Shown piece after piece: positions 45,790 through 55,491 of a stretch of 64,000 nucleotides of DNA. How positions within the stretch are numbered: position 1 is the stretch's first letter; every line of letters begins with the position of its first letter. Under the pieces are notes generated by a model. It saw only the letters and a program-made list of their open reading frames with translations. It ran no database searches and was not told where the DNA came from. A program made the position numbers and the translations under genes. The DNA is from Escherichia phage DT571/2, in sequence record NC_047749.1; one strand, 5' to 3'.

Positions 45790-46629
45790 GTGAGGAATTG
45801 TACAGTGCGTAGATTAATTATTATTAGCGGTGCAGGTTTGAGTGTTGAAAGTGGTGTACGAGCCTTCCGTACTGATACTGCTAGTGGTAAAGCATTGTGG
45901 GATGATTATGATCTAGAAGAAGTATGTAATATTCATGCCTTTCGGGGTAATTTTTACCATAAAACCCACACGTTTTACAACAAACGTCGTGAAGAGTTAG
46001 AAACTGTTGAACCCAATCTTGCACACTTGCGTATTGGTGAATGGTATAAGAAATACCCAGGTCAAGTAGTAAACTTGACTACTAACGTTGATGATCTTAT
46101 TGAGCGTGCTGGCGTTCCACATAGTGACATTCTGCACATTCATGGATACTTAAAGGAGGTTGTTGTAGCTGATAGCTACAACAGTAGTAATAAACGAATT
46201 ATTGATGTTGGGTATAACTCTATTGACCCAGATGATTATAAATGGGTTAAACCTAATGTAGTCTTCTTTGGTGAGCATGCTCCAGCGTACGCAGAAATGT
46301 ATAATATTTTTGATGGTATTACCAGTCAAGATATGATCATTATGGTTGGTTGCTCTAACCAAGTAATTAACTTCTACTGGGAATTATTCCCTGTTCTTAA
46401 TCTGACTGCTGCAAAACTTATGGTGGTTAACTACTACGATAGTGCTCTAGCGGTGGGACCAGGCTATCAAGGTATGACTCGTAGTGAGATGTACCAACTG
46501 GAAGAACGGGGTATTCCTTACTGGGGTAAAGGTGCGGTAGATGCTTTCAGTGACCCTGATTTTATTGCTCGTGTGGAAGCCCATCTAGAGGGTAGACCTT
46601 ATATGCCGGGAAAACAGATATGTCCATAG
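45790..46629 (+). CDS. Sir2-family (sirtuin-like) NAD-binding protein
   Basis: 279 aa; GAGLSVESGVRAFR, TTNVDDL, HIHGYL, VVFFGE; no zinc-ribbon Cys. Confidence 0.75.
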   Translation: MRNCTVRRLIIISGAGLSVESGVRAFRTDTASGKALWDDYDLEEVCNIHAFRGNFYHKTHTFYNKRREELETVEPNLAHLRIGEWYKKYPGQVVNLTTNVDDLIERAGVPHSDILHIHGYLKEVVVADSYNSSNKRIIDVGYNSIDPDDYKWVKPNVVFFGEHAPAYAEMYNIFDGITSQDMIIMVGCSNQVINFYWELFPVLNLTAAKLMVVNYYDSALAVGPGYQGMTRSEMYQLEERGIPYWGKGAVDAFSDPDFIARVEAHLEGRPYMPGKQICP

Positions 46630-46802
46630 TTAAATCTGTGTATACACATCCCGATGATATATTTGTATGGGCGGATGGTAGTTGGTGTTATCGATGTGAG
46701 TTATGGGAAATGGACTATAAATCCGATGACTATGGTGTCATATATGTTGATACGGTTGAGTATGATATGTTCTTAGAAAGGAACAAAAATGGAAATAAGT
46801 AA
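46620..46802 (+). CDS. hypothetical protein
   Basis: 60-aa ORF. Confidence 0.45.
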   Translation: MSIVKSVYTHPDDIFVWADGSWCYRCELWEMDYKSDDYGVIYVDTVEYDMFLERNKNGNK

Positions 46803-47295
46803 TACTCCAATTATTTTTCTAGACATTGATGGGGTGCTCAACTCGAGCATCTCCCATCACCATGCACCTGATGATGAAAAGATTTTCTTTGGAAGTGACT
46901 GGGTTTTTAAACCGCTTCTCAAGGCTTTTCAGGACTTTATTCGTCCTTCTCCAATAATGATTGTTGGGGTATCTTCATGGTTCTCTGTCAGGAATGAGGT
47001 GGAGAACGTTCAGATTATGACCAGATTAGATCTTATCGATCGTTTTCTTGGTATAACGGATTTTACTGGTGGTGGGCTATCTAGGGGTAATTCTGTTCTT
47101 CGCTTCGTCGAAAAGCATAAGCTCAAACATTGGTGTGTGCTGGATGATGCTGGTGCTATGATGTATCAGTATCCAACAGTTATAGTCAACGGTAGAACTG
47201 GAATAAATCTTCAAGACTTAAGAGCTGTTAGCTATATGTTAGAATTTAGTCCAGATCTTGAAATGTGTAAAGCCCTACAACAATTTAAGGTGTAA
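46789..47295 (+). CDS. HAD-like hydrolase
   Basis: 168 aa; motif I FLDIDGVLN, later VLDDAG. Confidence 0.6.
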   Translation: MEISNTPIIFLDIDGVLNSSISHHHAPDDEKIFFGSDWVFKPLLKAFQDFIRPSPIMIVGVSSWFSVRNEVENVQIMTRLDLIDRFLGITDFTGGGLSRGNSVLRFVEKHKLKHWCVLDDAGAMMYQYPTVIVNGRTGINLQDLRAVSYMLEFSPDLEMCKALQQFKV

Positions 47296-47297
47296 AT

Positions 47298-47726
47298 ATG
47301 TTCAATAATGTATTCTCTAAAGAAGCTAACCCAATATTGGTTAATTTTTGGCGTACTCTTCCAGCCAACCTGTACAATGAGGCTATTAATGCTCTGAAAA
47401 TATGGTGTGAGAATAATGAAATCTCCTTTGCTTTTAAGGATGAGATTGAAGAAGCTCCCTGTATTGGTTTAATTGTGCAGGTAGAGGATGGCTTTGAAGA
47501 GATTATCGGATGGAAAGAGCTGGATGAAATGGGATTGGTTTTTGCATTAAACTATAAGCTATTTATGCCCAATAAACACCGTATTGTTGTTAATTATAAA
47601 ACCAGTGAATCTCCGGGCTTTCAAGTTAATGAACATTACGGTTGGTCTTACTCACCGGAAGAAGTAAATGATGGTATCCAAAGACTTCGTCGTTTTGGTT
47701 ATCAAATTCCGGGTTTAACCGCCTAA
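47298..47726 (+). CDS. hypothetical protein, tandem paralog A
   Basis: 142 aa; shares blocks with the next ORF. Confidence 0.55.
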   Translation: MFNNVFSKEANPILVNFWRTLPANLYNEAINALKIWCENNEISFAFKDEIEEAPCIGLIVQVEDGFEEIIGWKELDEMGLVFALNYKLFMPNKHRIVVNYKTSESPGFQVNEHYGWSYSPEEVNDGIQRLRRFGYQIPGLTA

Positions 47727-47735
47727 GGGGACACA

Positions 47736-48128
47736 ATGGAACAAGTATATTGGCGTCAGATTGATCCTAGTTTGGTGAAGAGTGCGGAGAAGCTGCTACA
47801 ACGTTGGTTGGGGGTAAGACAAGCCTCCTTCACTTTTCCGGAGCAGCAAATAGACGATCCCTGTGTTGGTGTTTTCCTATCAGGCTACGCTAGGGAAGTG
47901 GAATTGGATTGGAATGAATTGTCTGCTATGGGTTTAATTGTTGCACTAAATTTCTCTTTGTTCCATCCACGTGGGTTGGCAATATGTCGTGTGCCTGATG
48001 ACGGTTGTTCGCCCCATCTTTTACAGGTGGAAGATGATATTTGGGAGTACCCTCCAGATATTCTCAAAGAAGCTAAAGAACAATTAAATCGTGTTGGGAT
48101 TTATGTTCCAGGCCTGAATGATGAATGA
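47736..48128 (+). CDS. hypothetical protein, tandem paralog B
   Basis: 130 aa; similar to upstream ORF. Confidence 0.55.
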   Translation: MEQVYWRQIDPSLVKSAEKLLQRWLGVRQASFTFPEQQIDDPCVGVFLSGYAREVELDWNELSAMGLIVALNFSLFHPRGLAICRVPDDGCSPHLLQVEDDIWEYPPDILKEAKEQLNRVGIYVPGLNDE

Positions 48129-48219
48129 TTTTTATTAGCTGAACTCTGATTACCGAGTCATTTTGGCTCGGTTTTCTCTATGCTCAAAGACACTGGTAGC
48201 AGCCCCTGGAAAAATTTAC

Positions 48220-48248
48220 TTGCTTGATGCTCAAAATCTTGATATAAT
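48220..48248 (+). promoter_or_regulatory. T5-early-type promoter with no ORF for about 600 nt
   Basis: TTGCTT-17-TATAAT plus leader AATTGAGAGAC but no start codon. Confidence 0.6.
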
Positions 48249-48842
48249 ATTTATATTGAATTGAGAGACATTAGTAAAAATTGATTTTGCTAATTTTTCT
48301 TAGTGAAGCTGACAAGGGATTTACGGCGAGAGGAATCGATGACCCGTAAATAGCTGCATAAGGTACGTTGCTAGAGCTTTACGAAAAAGTTTTTTCTTGT
48401 TTACAATCCGCGATACGGAACAGTTAGGCTGCCCCATTAAGGGTTGTTTTAACTATTACTAGTGTTTATATTGCATTAGTTAACCTTCAATTAAGTGATC
48501 TGTGTACCCTGAATTCGGAAAGGTAAATCCAAACCGTGCATATTTAGCTCGTTATATAGGCAGAGCTTTATATGGGGGTGCGAACGAAAAGAGCAGCGAA
48601 TGGCGGCACGTACAGTAGTCACCTACCAATAGGATAGTGAGGACAAGTAGAATCGGCTTAGCGGCCAATGACCTAGGTTCTATTCTGTATAAGAGCGAAG
48701 AGAGCACAGCACTGAGATATGATAACTTATTCATATTGTTTGATGATAATTGATGTTTACGTAAATAGTAGTAATAGTTGTTCTATTCTTTCTGAATAGT
48801 CCTAAAGAAAAGATTTCGATTAACCAACACAGGAGTATTATT

Positions 48843-51632
48843 GTGTTTTCTATCCTCCAAGGTCACGCCGGGTTTTCTCGTGATTTAGCAACAGGTATTT
48901 GGCGAGAAATCAAAGCGGGAGATTATACCTTTGCCAAGCGATTCTCGAAAGAGCATCCAGAAGGTAAACCAGCTTCTATGCCCTTCAAATTTGATGTAAT
49001 AGAAGAGCACGACCCACAAAGCCTTGCAGAAATGTTACCACTTATGAGACGTTTAACGTCTGACCCTCATATCGTTGCGGTACGAGGTCGATGTCTTGCA
49101 CCTAAAAATAATGTGCGACGTAAGAAAGATAACTTTAATGTATCTAATCCTAGTAATATTATTGCTATGGACGTGGATGGTATCCTAGATACCGGTGGGT
49201 ACGACAAATTTAATCTTGTTGGTATGGCCCGCCACATTATTAAGATGTTGAATAGTATTAGTGAGGATATGTTTCCTCTTGATGCAGGCTTTATAGCTCA
49301 TGCATCATCTTCGGCTGGGCTAAAACCAGGTATCCGAATGCACTTAATACTAGAATCTAACGTCAAGGTAACTCAGGGTCAGCTAAAGTTCTTATTTACA
49401 TCTATCAATGATAGTAGTAAGCAAAAATTTGGTTTTGATATTGCCGACCTAGCTTATTACTCATCTGTCCAGCTCCACTATTTTGCCGACCCCTTATTTA
49501 GCGATGGTATTGTTGATCCGTTTAAAGCGGAGAGTAAGCCACGTCTGGTGTATGTTAAAGGCTCAAAAGTAAACTTACCTAATAATCTAGTTGACTATGA
49601 AACAACTAGAGGAGAGTTTAAAGAGGAATTCTACTCTTTACTCGATCAAATTAAAGGCAAAAAGATTGCTTCTGATAAAGTAGAAGAAACCATCAGCGAG
49701 TTAGAAGAGGCTGATGATGGAGTGTACTTGCGTATTATCCCCAAACTATACCATAGAGCATTAGAGGATGGTGTTGATTTTGAATGGCTAGAACGTGAGA
49801 TTAAACCAGCTTTATCTGAATATATTGCAACTAAAGATAACAGTCGTAATATTCAAGATTACTTTAATAACGGTCGCAAGCAGGCTCTCAAAGCGTTTGT
49901 TAATAATTCTAAACGTGAGATTCCACCAAATCTGAAAGGTGTTCCACTTAAGAAATTAGAAGTGGATTCTCCACCAGAAGTTCCGTACCTGAAGATTAAC
50001 ATTGTGCCCCCAAAAGGTCATATAACATTTGTTAAGGCAAGTCTTGGTACGGGTAAAACTACGGCAGTAACTAAATGGCTGGACGCAGGTGTTCTTCCGG
50101 GCAACTTTTTAGCAGTTACAAATACTAGAGCACTGGTATCTTCAAATGCCAAGAAATTTAGTGCAGGACAATACGATAAGTCTGTAGATATGCTCAACTT
50201 TAAACGTGGGGCTATTGATCGTATGTCCACAACTATTCACTCTTTGCATAAGTTCAAAAGTTTTATTGGGCAAATAGACACCATTTTTATTGATGAATGT
50301 GACGCTGTAATGAATGACCTATTATTCGCCCCTGTTGTTAAACAACGTCGCGAGTGTATTCAAGTTCTACGTGACATCCTCATGACAGCTAAGACTGTAA
50401 TCTTATCCGATGGTGATATTAGTGCGGAAACAATTGAAGCATATGGTTCTTTGATTGAGTTCGATAAACCAGTTGCATTTTACAATCACCACCGTAAAAT
50501 GTTATCAAAGGCTCATGCTTATGAATTCCCTGATGAATCCAGTATTTGGGTTGCACTTCAGACTTCTCTAGAGATGGGTGAGAAATCTATTCTAGTATCT
50601 GATTGTGGTCCTGATGAGCTGAATGAGAAGGGTATGGCACTACGTCGTAATACTGGTGCATTAGTTAAAGAAATCCATTCAAACTCCACTTCAGATGTGG
50701 ATATTCGACGTATTCTGGATTATACAACTAATGAGCTAATTGATCAACAAATTGATTGCTTATTATGTAGTCCATCCGTAACGAGTGGAGTTGACTTTAA
50801 CTATTTTGATAACGTATTTGTTATTACTAGAACCAGTAATCAGGCGCCAAACATGCGTTTTCAAGCAATCAGGCGCGACCGTGGTGCTCAGAATATCTAT
50901 TATTTTATTGATAAATCCACTAGTGGATTCTCTGCGGGTTCTGAACAATATAATATCGATGAAGGTTGGCTGGAGTTAGCACAGCAATTATATGCACGTC
51001 GCAGGGAGCTGGAGTCTAGGAACTATACTAGTACTTTACGTTATTACTTGCTTGATCAGGGTGCAACTATTGATATTTTCAGTGAAAGCTGGGGAACTAT
51101 TGAAGGTGCTGGTAAAGAATACACAGAAGAGCGAATCAAAGCTATTCTACATTCAACTCCTGATTATTGTGCTCCACGTCATGCGGATGCGTATGAGGCT
51201 AAACTACTTATTGTTCGCTATTATCATCTTGAGTCTATTAAAGATGTAACAGTTGAGCATGTTGAACAATATATCAAAGATAAGCCGAATGATCGAGCTG
51301 CATTCTTCCATAAGATGCACGAGATGTTCTGGGAAGATATTAAGAAGTGTTCAAATGTGACCATTAAACCATTCATAGAAGCTCTGAAAGGTAAGAAGAA
51401 AGATTTCTTCCTTAAAACAGGTCAGAGTGCTAACCCAAAATATGCTAGAATGTATCTTGGTATGATGGGTATTGGTAAAGATATGAACACGGAGAATATC
51501 GTAGACTGGTATAGAACCTACTGCAAAATCGAATGTATGCCAATCCCTCTCAAATTCATGACTGAAGAAGAGAAGGCTATGGCAGAAGAAGCAATGTCAG
51601 AACTAGGTGCTAGAAATGACAGTGAAGAATAA
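48843..51632 (+). CDS. large P-loop NTPase, helicase or origin-binding-like (GTG start)
   Basis: 929 aa; Walker A GTGKTT, Walker B IDECD; AGGAG SD before GTG. Confidence 0.7.
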   Translation: MFSILQGHAGFSRDLATGIWREIKAGDYTFAKRFSKEHPEGKPASMPFKFDVIEEHDPQSLAEMLPLMRRLTSDPHIVAVRGRCLAPKNNVRRKKDNFNVSNPSNIIAMDVDGILDTGGYDKFNLVGMARHIIKMLNSISEDMFPLDAGFIAHASSSAGLKPGIRMHLILESNVKVTQGQLKFLFTSINDSSKQKFGFDIADLAYYSSVQLHYFADPLFSDGIVDPFKAESKPRLVYVKGSKVNLPNNLVDYETTRGEFKEEFYSLLDQIKGKKIASDKVEETISELEEADDGVYLRIIPKLYHRALEDGVDFEWLEREIKPALSEYIATKDNSRNIQDYFNNGRKQALKAFVNNSKREIPPNLKGVPLKKLEVDSPPEVPYLKINIVPPKGHITFVKASLGTGKTTAVTKWLDAGVLPGNFLAVTNTRALVSSNAKKFSAGQYDKSVDMLNFKRGAIDRMSTTIHSLHKFKSFIGQIDTIFIDECDAVMNDLLFAPVVKQRRECIQVLRDILMTAKTVILSDGDISAETIEAYGSLIEFDKPVAFYNHHRKMLSKAHAYEFPDESSIWVALQTSLEMGEKSILVSDCGPDELNEKGMALRRNTGALVKEIHSNSTSDVDIRRILDYTTNELIDQQIDCLLCSPSVTSGVDFNYFDNVFVITRTSNQAPNMRFQAIRRDRGAQNIYYFIDKSTSGFSAGSEQYNIDEGWLELAQQLYARRRELESRNYTSTLRYYLLDQGATIDIFSESWGTIEGAGKEYTEERIKAILHSTPDYCAPRHADAYEAKLLIVRYYHLESIKDVTVEHVEQYIKDKPNDRAAFFHKMHEMFWEDIKKCSNVTIKPFIEALKGKKKDFFLKTGQSANPKYARMYLGMMGIGKDMNTENIVDWYRTYCKIECMPIPLKFMTEEEKAMAEEAMSELGARNDSEE

Positions 51633-51849
51633 AAAATGGGAAACAAGGAAGTTTCCAGTAAAAGAACGTAAAGTTCCTGTTTATGATACTTCGGAGAAGC
51701 TATGTAGGGTGGTTCCTGCTAGACTAGCAGGTATCCCTAACATATCCGAGTGGTTACTTAAACAACGGAGGACTAGCGTATCCCTTCGCATAGGGTTTGA
51801 GTTGGATAAAGTATATGCTGAACTTTCTTCTTTGCTCAAGGAATCATAA
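51607..51849 (+). CDS. hypothetical protein
   Basis: 80-aa ORF overlapping upstream gene end. Confidence 0.4.
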   Translation: MLEMTVKNKKWETRKFPVKERKVPVYDTSEKLCRVVPARLAGIPNISEWLLKQRRTSVSLRIGFELDKVYAELSSLLKES

Positions 51850-51858
51850 AAAATTTAC

Positions 51859-51887
51859 TTGCATAGTTCAAAAAATTTCTGTATAAT
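51859..51887 (+). promoter_or_regulatory. T5 PN25-like promoter
   Basis: TTGCAT-17-TATAAT in a context matching the T5 PN25 sequence as recalled. Confidence 0.7.
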
Positions 51888-51918
51888 AGATTCATAAATT
51901 TGAGAGAGGAGTTTAAAT

Positions 51919-52623
51919 ATGGCTGGTTCTCGCAGAAAGAAACATATCCATGAAATCCCGGATGAAGTCTTTAAAAAAGTTATAGAGCATCTGGAGAACG
52001 GTGGTACTAAGAAAGCAGCATGTGAGATGCTCGGCGTATCATCCAATCCGACTATGGAAAGGATGATAGAAGAGTGGCAAGATCGCCAAATTCAAGTTGC
52101 CGAGATGAAGAAAAAGAAACGTGGTACACTCATTGAAGGCATCGAGTTAGCTAACGTTATTGAACAGTATTTATCCGGTGATTCTTTTGAAGAGATTGCC
52201 GATCGTAATTATCGCTCTGTAGCAATGGTTAAATCTGTTCTGGAACGATATGGTGCTCTACTTCGTTTGAACGATATTGTAGACCCGTTGAATCCACCAA
52301 TTATTCCTGATGATGCTGTAGCAGAAGAATTTGAAGTAGGTGAGCTAGTTTGGGTTCCTGGATACCAGTGTATCGGTGAAATCAAAAAAGCAATGGATAA
52401 CCCTGTTGGTTGTTACCGTGTATGGCTTCTATCAGAAGGCAAACAACAGAATGTTCATTATATGAATTATGAATTAGCTTCTGTAAAGCATTTAGAAAAG
52501 CTAGGGGTTGACGTAAAATCTCTGGGGTATAAATGGTCCCGGGAAGAAGTTATCACACTGATTAACGAAGCTGTTAAGGCTGCCTTGAAACTTGATAAAG
52601 AAAAAGGAAAACGCCGTGAGTAA
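51919..52623 (+). CDS. putative DNA-binding regulator (HTH-like)
   Basis: 234 aa; HTH-like segments, basic termini. Confidence 0.55.
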   Translation: MAGSRRKKHIHEIPDEVFKKVIEHLENGGTKKAACEMLGVSSNPTMERMIEEWQDRQIQVAEMKKKKRGTLIEGIELANVIEQYLSGDSFEEIADRNYRSVAMVKSVLERYGALLRLNDIVDPLNPPIIPDDAVAEEFEVGELVWVPGYQCIGEIKKAMDNPVGCYRVWLLSEGKQQNVHYMNYELASVKHLEKLGVDVKSLGYKWSREEVITLINEAVKAALKLDKEKGKRRE

Positions 52624-52867
52624 ACTAACTGATTTGCTTAAAGATGGGGAAGTAAAAACACTATATCGTAGAAGCTGGGATAACGATAATAACGGCTTAG
52701 TGTTACTAACTTTAGATGCTGACTCGGATGTAGCTACTCAACATACCTGGGTAGCGGGCAACTATCCATATAGCGAAGTTGTTTCATTAACAGTATGCGA
52801 AGCTGTTGCAGACGATTGGGAGATTGCCAGCATTGATGATATGCTCGCTGTTGGCCTGGTGGAGTAA
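52592..52867 (+). CDS. hypothetical protein
   Basis: 91-aa ORF. Confidence 0.5.
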   Translation: MIKKKENAVSKLTDLLKDGEVKTLYRRSWDNDNNGLVLLTLDADSDVATQHTWVAGNYPYSEVVSLTVCEAVADDWEIASIDDMLAVGLVE

Positions 52868-52884
52868 CTACTTAAAAATTTCAG

Positions 52885-52913
52885 TTGCTTAATCCTACAA
52901 TTCTTGATATAAT
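52885..52913 (+). promoter_or_regulatory. T5-early-type promoter
   Basis: TTGCTT-17-TATAAT. Confidence 0.6.
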
Positions 52914-52970
52914 ATTCTCATAGTTTGAAAGAACTATTCTGTTTAATTCTTAATTAAGGAAATATAAAAT

Positions 52971-53381
52971 ATGACTACTCCAACTCAGTGGACTGATGAA
53001 CTGTTCGAAAAAATGTCTTCCGAATACGTTGCTCGTATGGAGCAATTCCCAGAGGATGAACGTCCGAGTGTTAGCATGGAAATTGTTAGTGAAATTGCCC
53101 AGGAAAATGGTGTAACTCCGAACGGTTTTCGTATGAAGCTGACTAAAGCAGGTTTGTATATTAAGAAAGCTGCTGGCTCTGCTTCTAAATCTAGTGCATC
53201 TACTGGAGAAAAAGCTTCCGGTGGTTCTCGTACCTCCAAAGCCCAGGCTCATGCCGACCTTCGTTCAGCGTTCTCTGATGCTGGCTTAGCACCAGATTTT
53301 CTGGATGATGCAATTATCGACAAACTGACCGGTAAAGCGGCTGCTCATCTGGCAGAAGCAATCCGAGCTATCACTAAGTAA
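52971..53381 (+). CDS. hypothetical protein
   Basis: 136-aa ORF. Confidence 0.55.
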   Translation: MTTPTQWTDELFEKMSSEYVARMEQFPEDERPSVSMEIVSEIAQENGVTPNGFRMKLTKAGLYIKKAAGSASKSSASTGEKASGGSRTSKAQAHADLRSAFSDAGLAPDFLDDAIIDKLTGKAAAHLAEAIRAITK

Positions 53382-53395
53382 TAGGGAGATTATAC

Positions 53396-53683
53396 ATGAA
53401 TAAACAAGAAATTATCTCCGCATGTGAAGCCCATAATGAGTTCTACCTTCATTATGAGAAACTACGCCAAAAGGGTACTACATACCTTCAGGGTACTATG
53501 GATTTTTCTGATAAGTACCTAAGTAAACGTTTTGCTCAGGAGCGTATCCGTCAACCAAAAGATGACGAAATTCTAGTGTTTAGTCGCACTAATGACAGCT
53601 TCCGATTTATTCCTGTTGCGAAAGTTCGTCGCATTACGAGCCTTCAGTCAGAGTTAGATCGTGCTTCTCCAGTAGGCCGATAA
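53396..53683 (+). CDS. hypothetical protein
   Basis: 95-aa ORF. Confidence 0.5.
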   Translation: MNKQEIISACEAHNEFYLHYEKLRQKGTTYLQGTMDFSDKYLSKRFAQERIRQPKDDEILVFSRTNDSFRFIPVAKVRRITSLQSELDRASPVGR

Positions 53684-53733
53684 GAAACCAATTAGCCCCT
53701 ATATGGGGCTTTTTGTGTATTTGAGAAACGTAA

Positions 53734-54042
53734 ATGAGCGATCAGGTAAACCAAAACTATGAAGGACACGTTGATGATCAGTCAATCCTTCTATGGGAAA
53801 GAGAAGGGGAACAAATAAGATTGACAGTATCTGAATTTCGTGGGAATCTATACATGGGAATTAGGTATTGGCTCCAGGATATTACTGGAGAATGGTTTCC
53901 AACGAAATCCGGCTTCTCTTTTCCGTACACTCTAGAAACTACTTCACAGCTATTCTATGCTTTTACGCAAATCCTTAGTGAATCTGAGGTTTTACATGAA
54001 GTACAGAAACGAGCTGAAGAACTCAAAGCCAAGAATGCCTAG
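53734..54042 (+). CDS. hypothetical protein
   Basis: 102-aa ORF. Confidence 0.55.
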   Translation: MSDQVNQNYEGHVDDQSILLWEREGEQIRLTVSEFRGNLYMGIRYWLQDITGEWFPTKSGFSFPYTLETTSQLFYAFTQILSESEVLHEVQKRAEELKAKNA

Positions 54043-54069
54043 TTCTTGGCTTTTTCTTTATAAATGTAT

Positions 54070-54098
54070 TTGCTTTCAACTCAGTTTTGTTATATAAT
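54070..54098 (+). promoter_or_regulatory. T5-early-type promoter
   Basis: TTGCTT-17-TATAAT then leader. Confidence 0.6.
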
Positions 54099-54112
54099 AT
54101 TTATATAAATTA

Positions 54113-54328
54113 ATGAGAGGATCAATCATGGCAATGACAATAACACTTCCCAAGATTCAAGCAAAACTTAATCTACTTTCCACAGCACGCATTAATTATC
54201 AAGATAACATAGGCACAGTAAATCAAAAGGCGTACAAAGATGCGTTTCTGAAAGAATCTGCTGATTTGATGGATATGGTTACACAATATAATAAAGAACT
54301 CAAGATGGAAATCGCCGATGATGACTAA
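54113..54328 (+). CDS. hypothetical protein (true start probably ATG at 54128)
   Basis: first ATG lies inside the RBS-like TAATGAGAGG leader. Confidence 0.5.
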   Translation: MRGSIMAMTITLPKIQAKLNLLSTARINYQDNIGTVNQKAYKDAFLKESADLMDMVTQYNKELKMEIADDD

Positions 54329-55292
54329 TGTAAAAGAATTTATTAAACGCTGTCAAGAAGCATATTATCAAGGCATGTCTTTAATCTCTGATGAAGAATA
54401 TGATCGCCTGGTAAAACGCTTCCCGTTAGAGGAAGAGATCGGGCCTAAGGGTGATATTCCACATCTATACCGTATGTATTCTTTACAGAAAGTTTATTAT
54501 AATCGTGGAGATAAACCCCCATTTAACCCGTTAGGTCAAGTAGAAACTGATAAGTTAGATGGTTGTGCAATTTCCCTGCTATATATTAATGGCGAATTTG
54601 TTCAAGCACTAACTCGTGGTAATGGTATTCTGGGAAATGATGTCACAAGCAACGTAAGATTGCTGAACATCCCTAAAAAGATTTCTCAAAAAGTACCTAC
54701 TCAAATCACTGGTGAAGTTCTAATTACAAAAGAAGTAGAAAATAAACGTAACTTTGCCTCTGGTGCTATTAACCTCAAAGATAGTGATGATTTCGTACAG
54801 CGTATCGGGGAAGGTGGTTTAATCTTCGTTGCATACGGTATCCAGTGTTCTGCTGAATCTGTAGGTATTACAGAAGCGTATTTAAAAGATATGCTTTGGC
54901 TAGAGAATGAGAACTTCTTAACAGTTGTTAATGTACGTTCCTTCTTTAAATGGATTCCAACGGACGGTAAAGTTGTTCGTATTAATGATAACAACAAATT
55001 CTTCCGTGAAGGCTGGACTAATAAATTTCCTCGCGGTGCATTTGCTATTAAAGAGGATGAAGAAGGTGAGACTACAACTCTTACTAAAGTTGAATGGAAT
55101 GTAGGGGCTTCTGGTAAAGTAACTCCAGTCGGTTATTTTGAACCAGTAATTATTGATGATGCTACAATTGTTAAAGCGACTCTTAATAACGTTGATTATA
55201 TTAACTCTCTCGATCTAGAGATCGGTTGCCAGATTCGAGTGATTCGTGCTGGTGGTGTAATCCCGTGCATAGTAGAACGAGTATACGATTAA
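54318..55292 (+). CDS. NAD-dependent DNA ligase, N-terminal adenylation part
   Basis: 324 aa; adenylation motif KxDG (ETDKLDGCAIS). Confidence 0.8.
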   Translation: MMTNVKEFIKRCQEAYYQGMSLISDEEYDRLVKRFPLEEEIGPKGDIPHLYRMYSLQKVYYNRGDKPPFNPLGQVETDKLDGCAISLLYINGEFVQALTRGNGILGNDVTSNVRLLNIPKKISQKVPTQITGEVLITKEVENKRNFASGAINLKDSDDFVQRIGEGGLIFVAYGIQCSAESVGITEAYLKDMLWLENENFLTVVNVRSFFKWIPTDGKVVRINDNNKFFREGWTNKFPRGAFAIKEDEEGETTTLTKVEWNVGASGKVTPVGYFEPVIIDDATIVKATLNNVDYINSLDLEIGCQIRVIRAGGVIPCIVERVYD

Positions 55293-55435
55293 TACATAAC
55301 CCTTTGCTACCCATTTACCATATCGGAATTATAAAGTGGTTATTGACATTTTCGCCGCTTAGGTATATACTATTATCATTCAGTTGAGGGATAGAAAGTT
55401 ATGGCGAGGGTAAGCAAAGTTAGTTAAAATTGTAG

Positions 55436-55474
55436 TTGCTAAATGCTTAAATACTTGCTATAATATTTATATAA
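55436..55474 (+). promoter_or_regulatory. promoter with extended -10 (TGCTATAAT) inside the ligase split
   Basis: read directly, followed by consensus leader and ATG at 55492. Confidence 0.5.
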
Positions 55475-55491
55475 ATTGATAAGGAAGAAAT

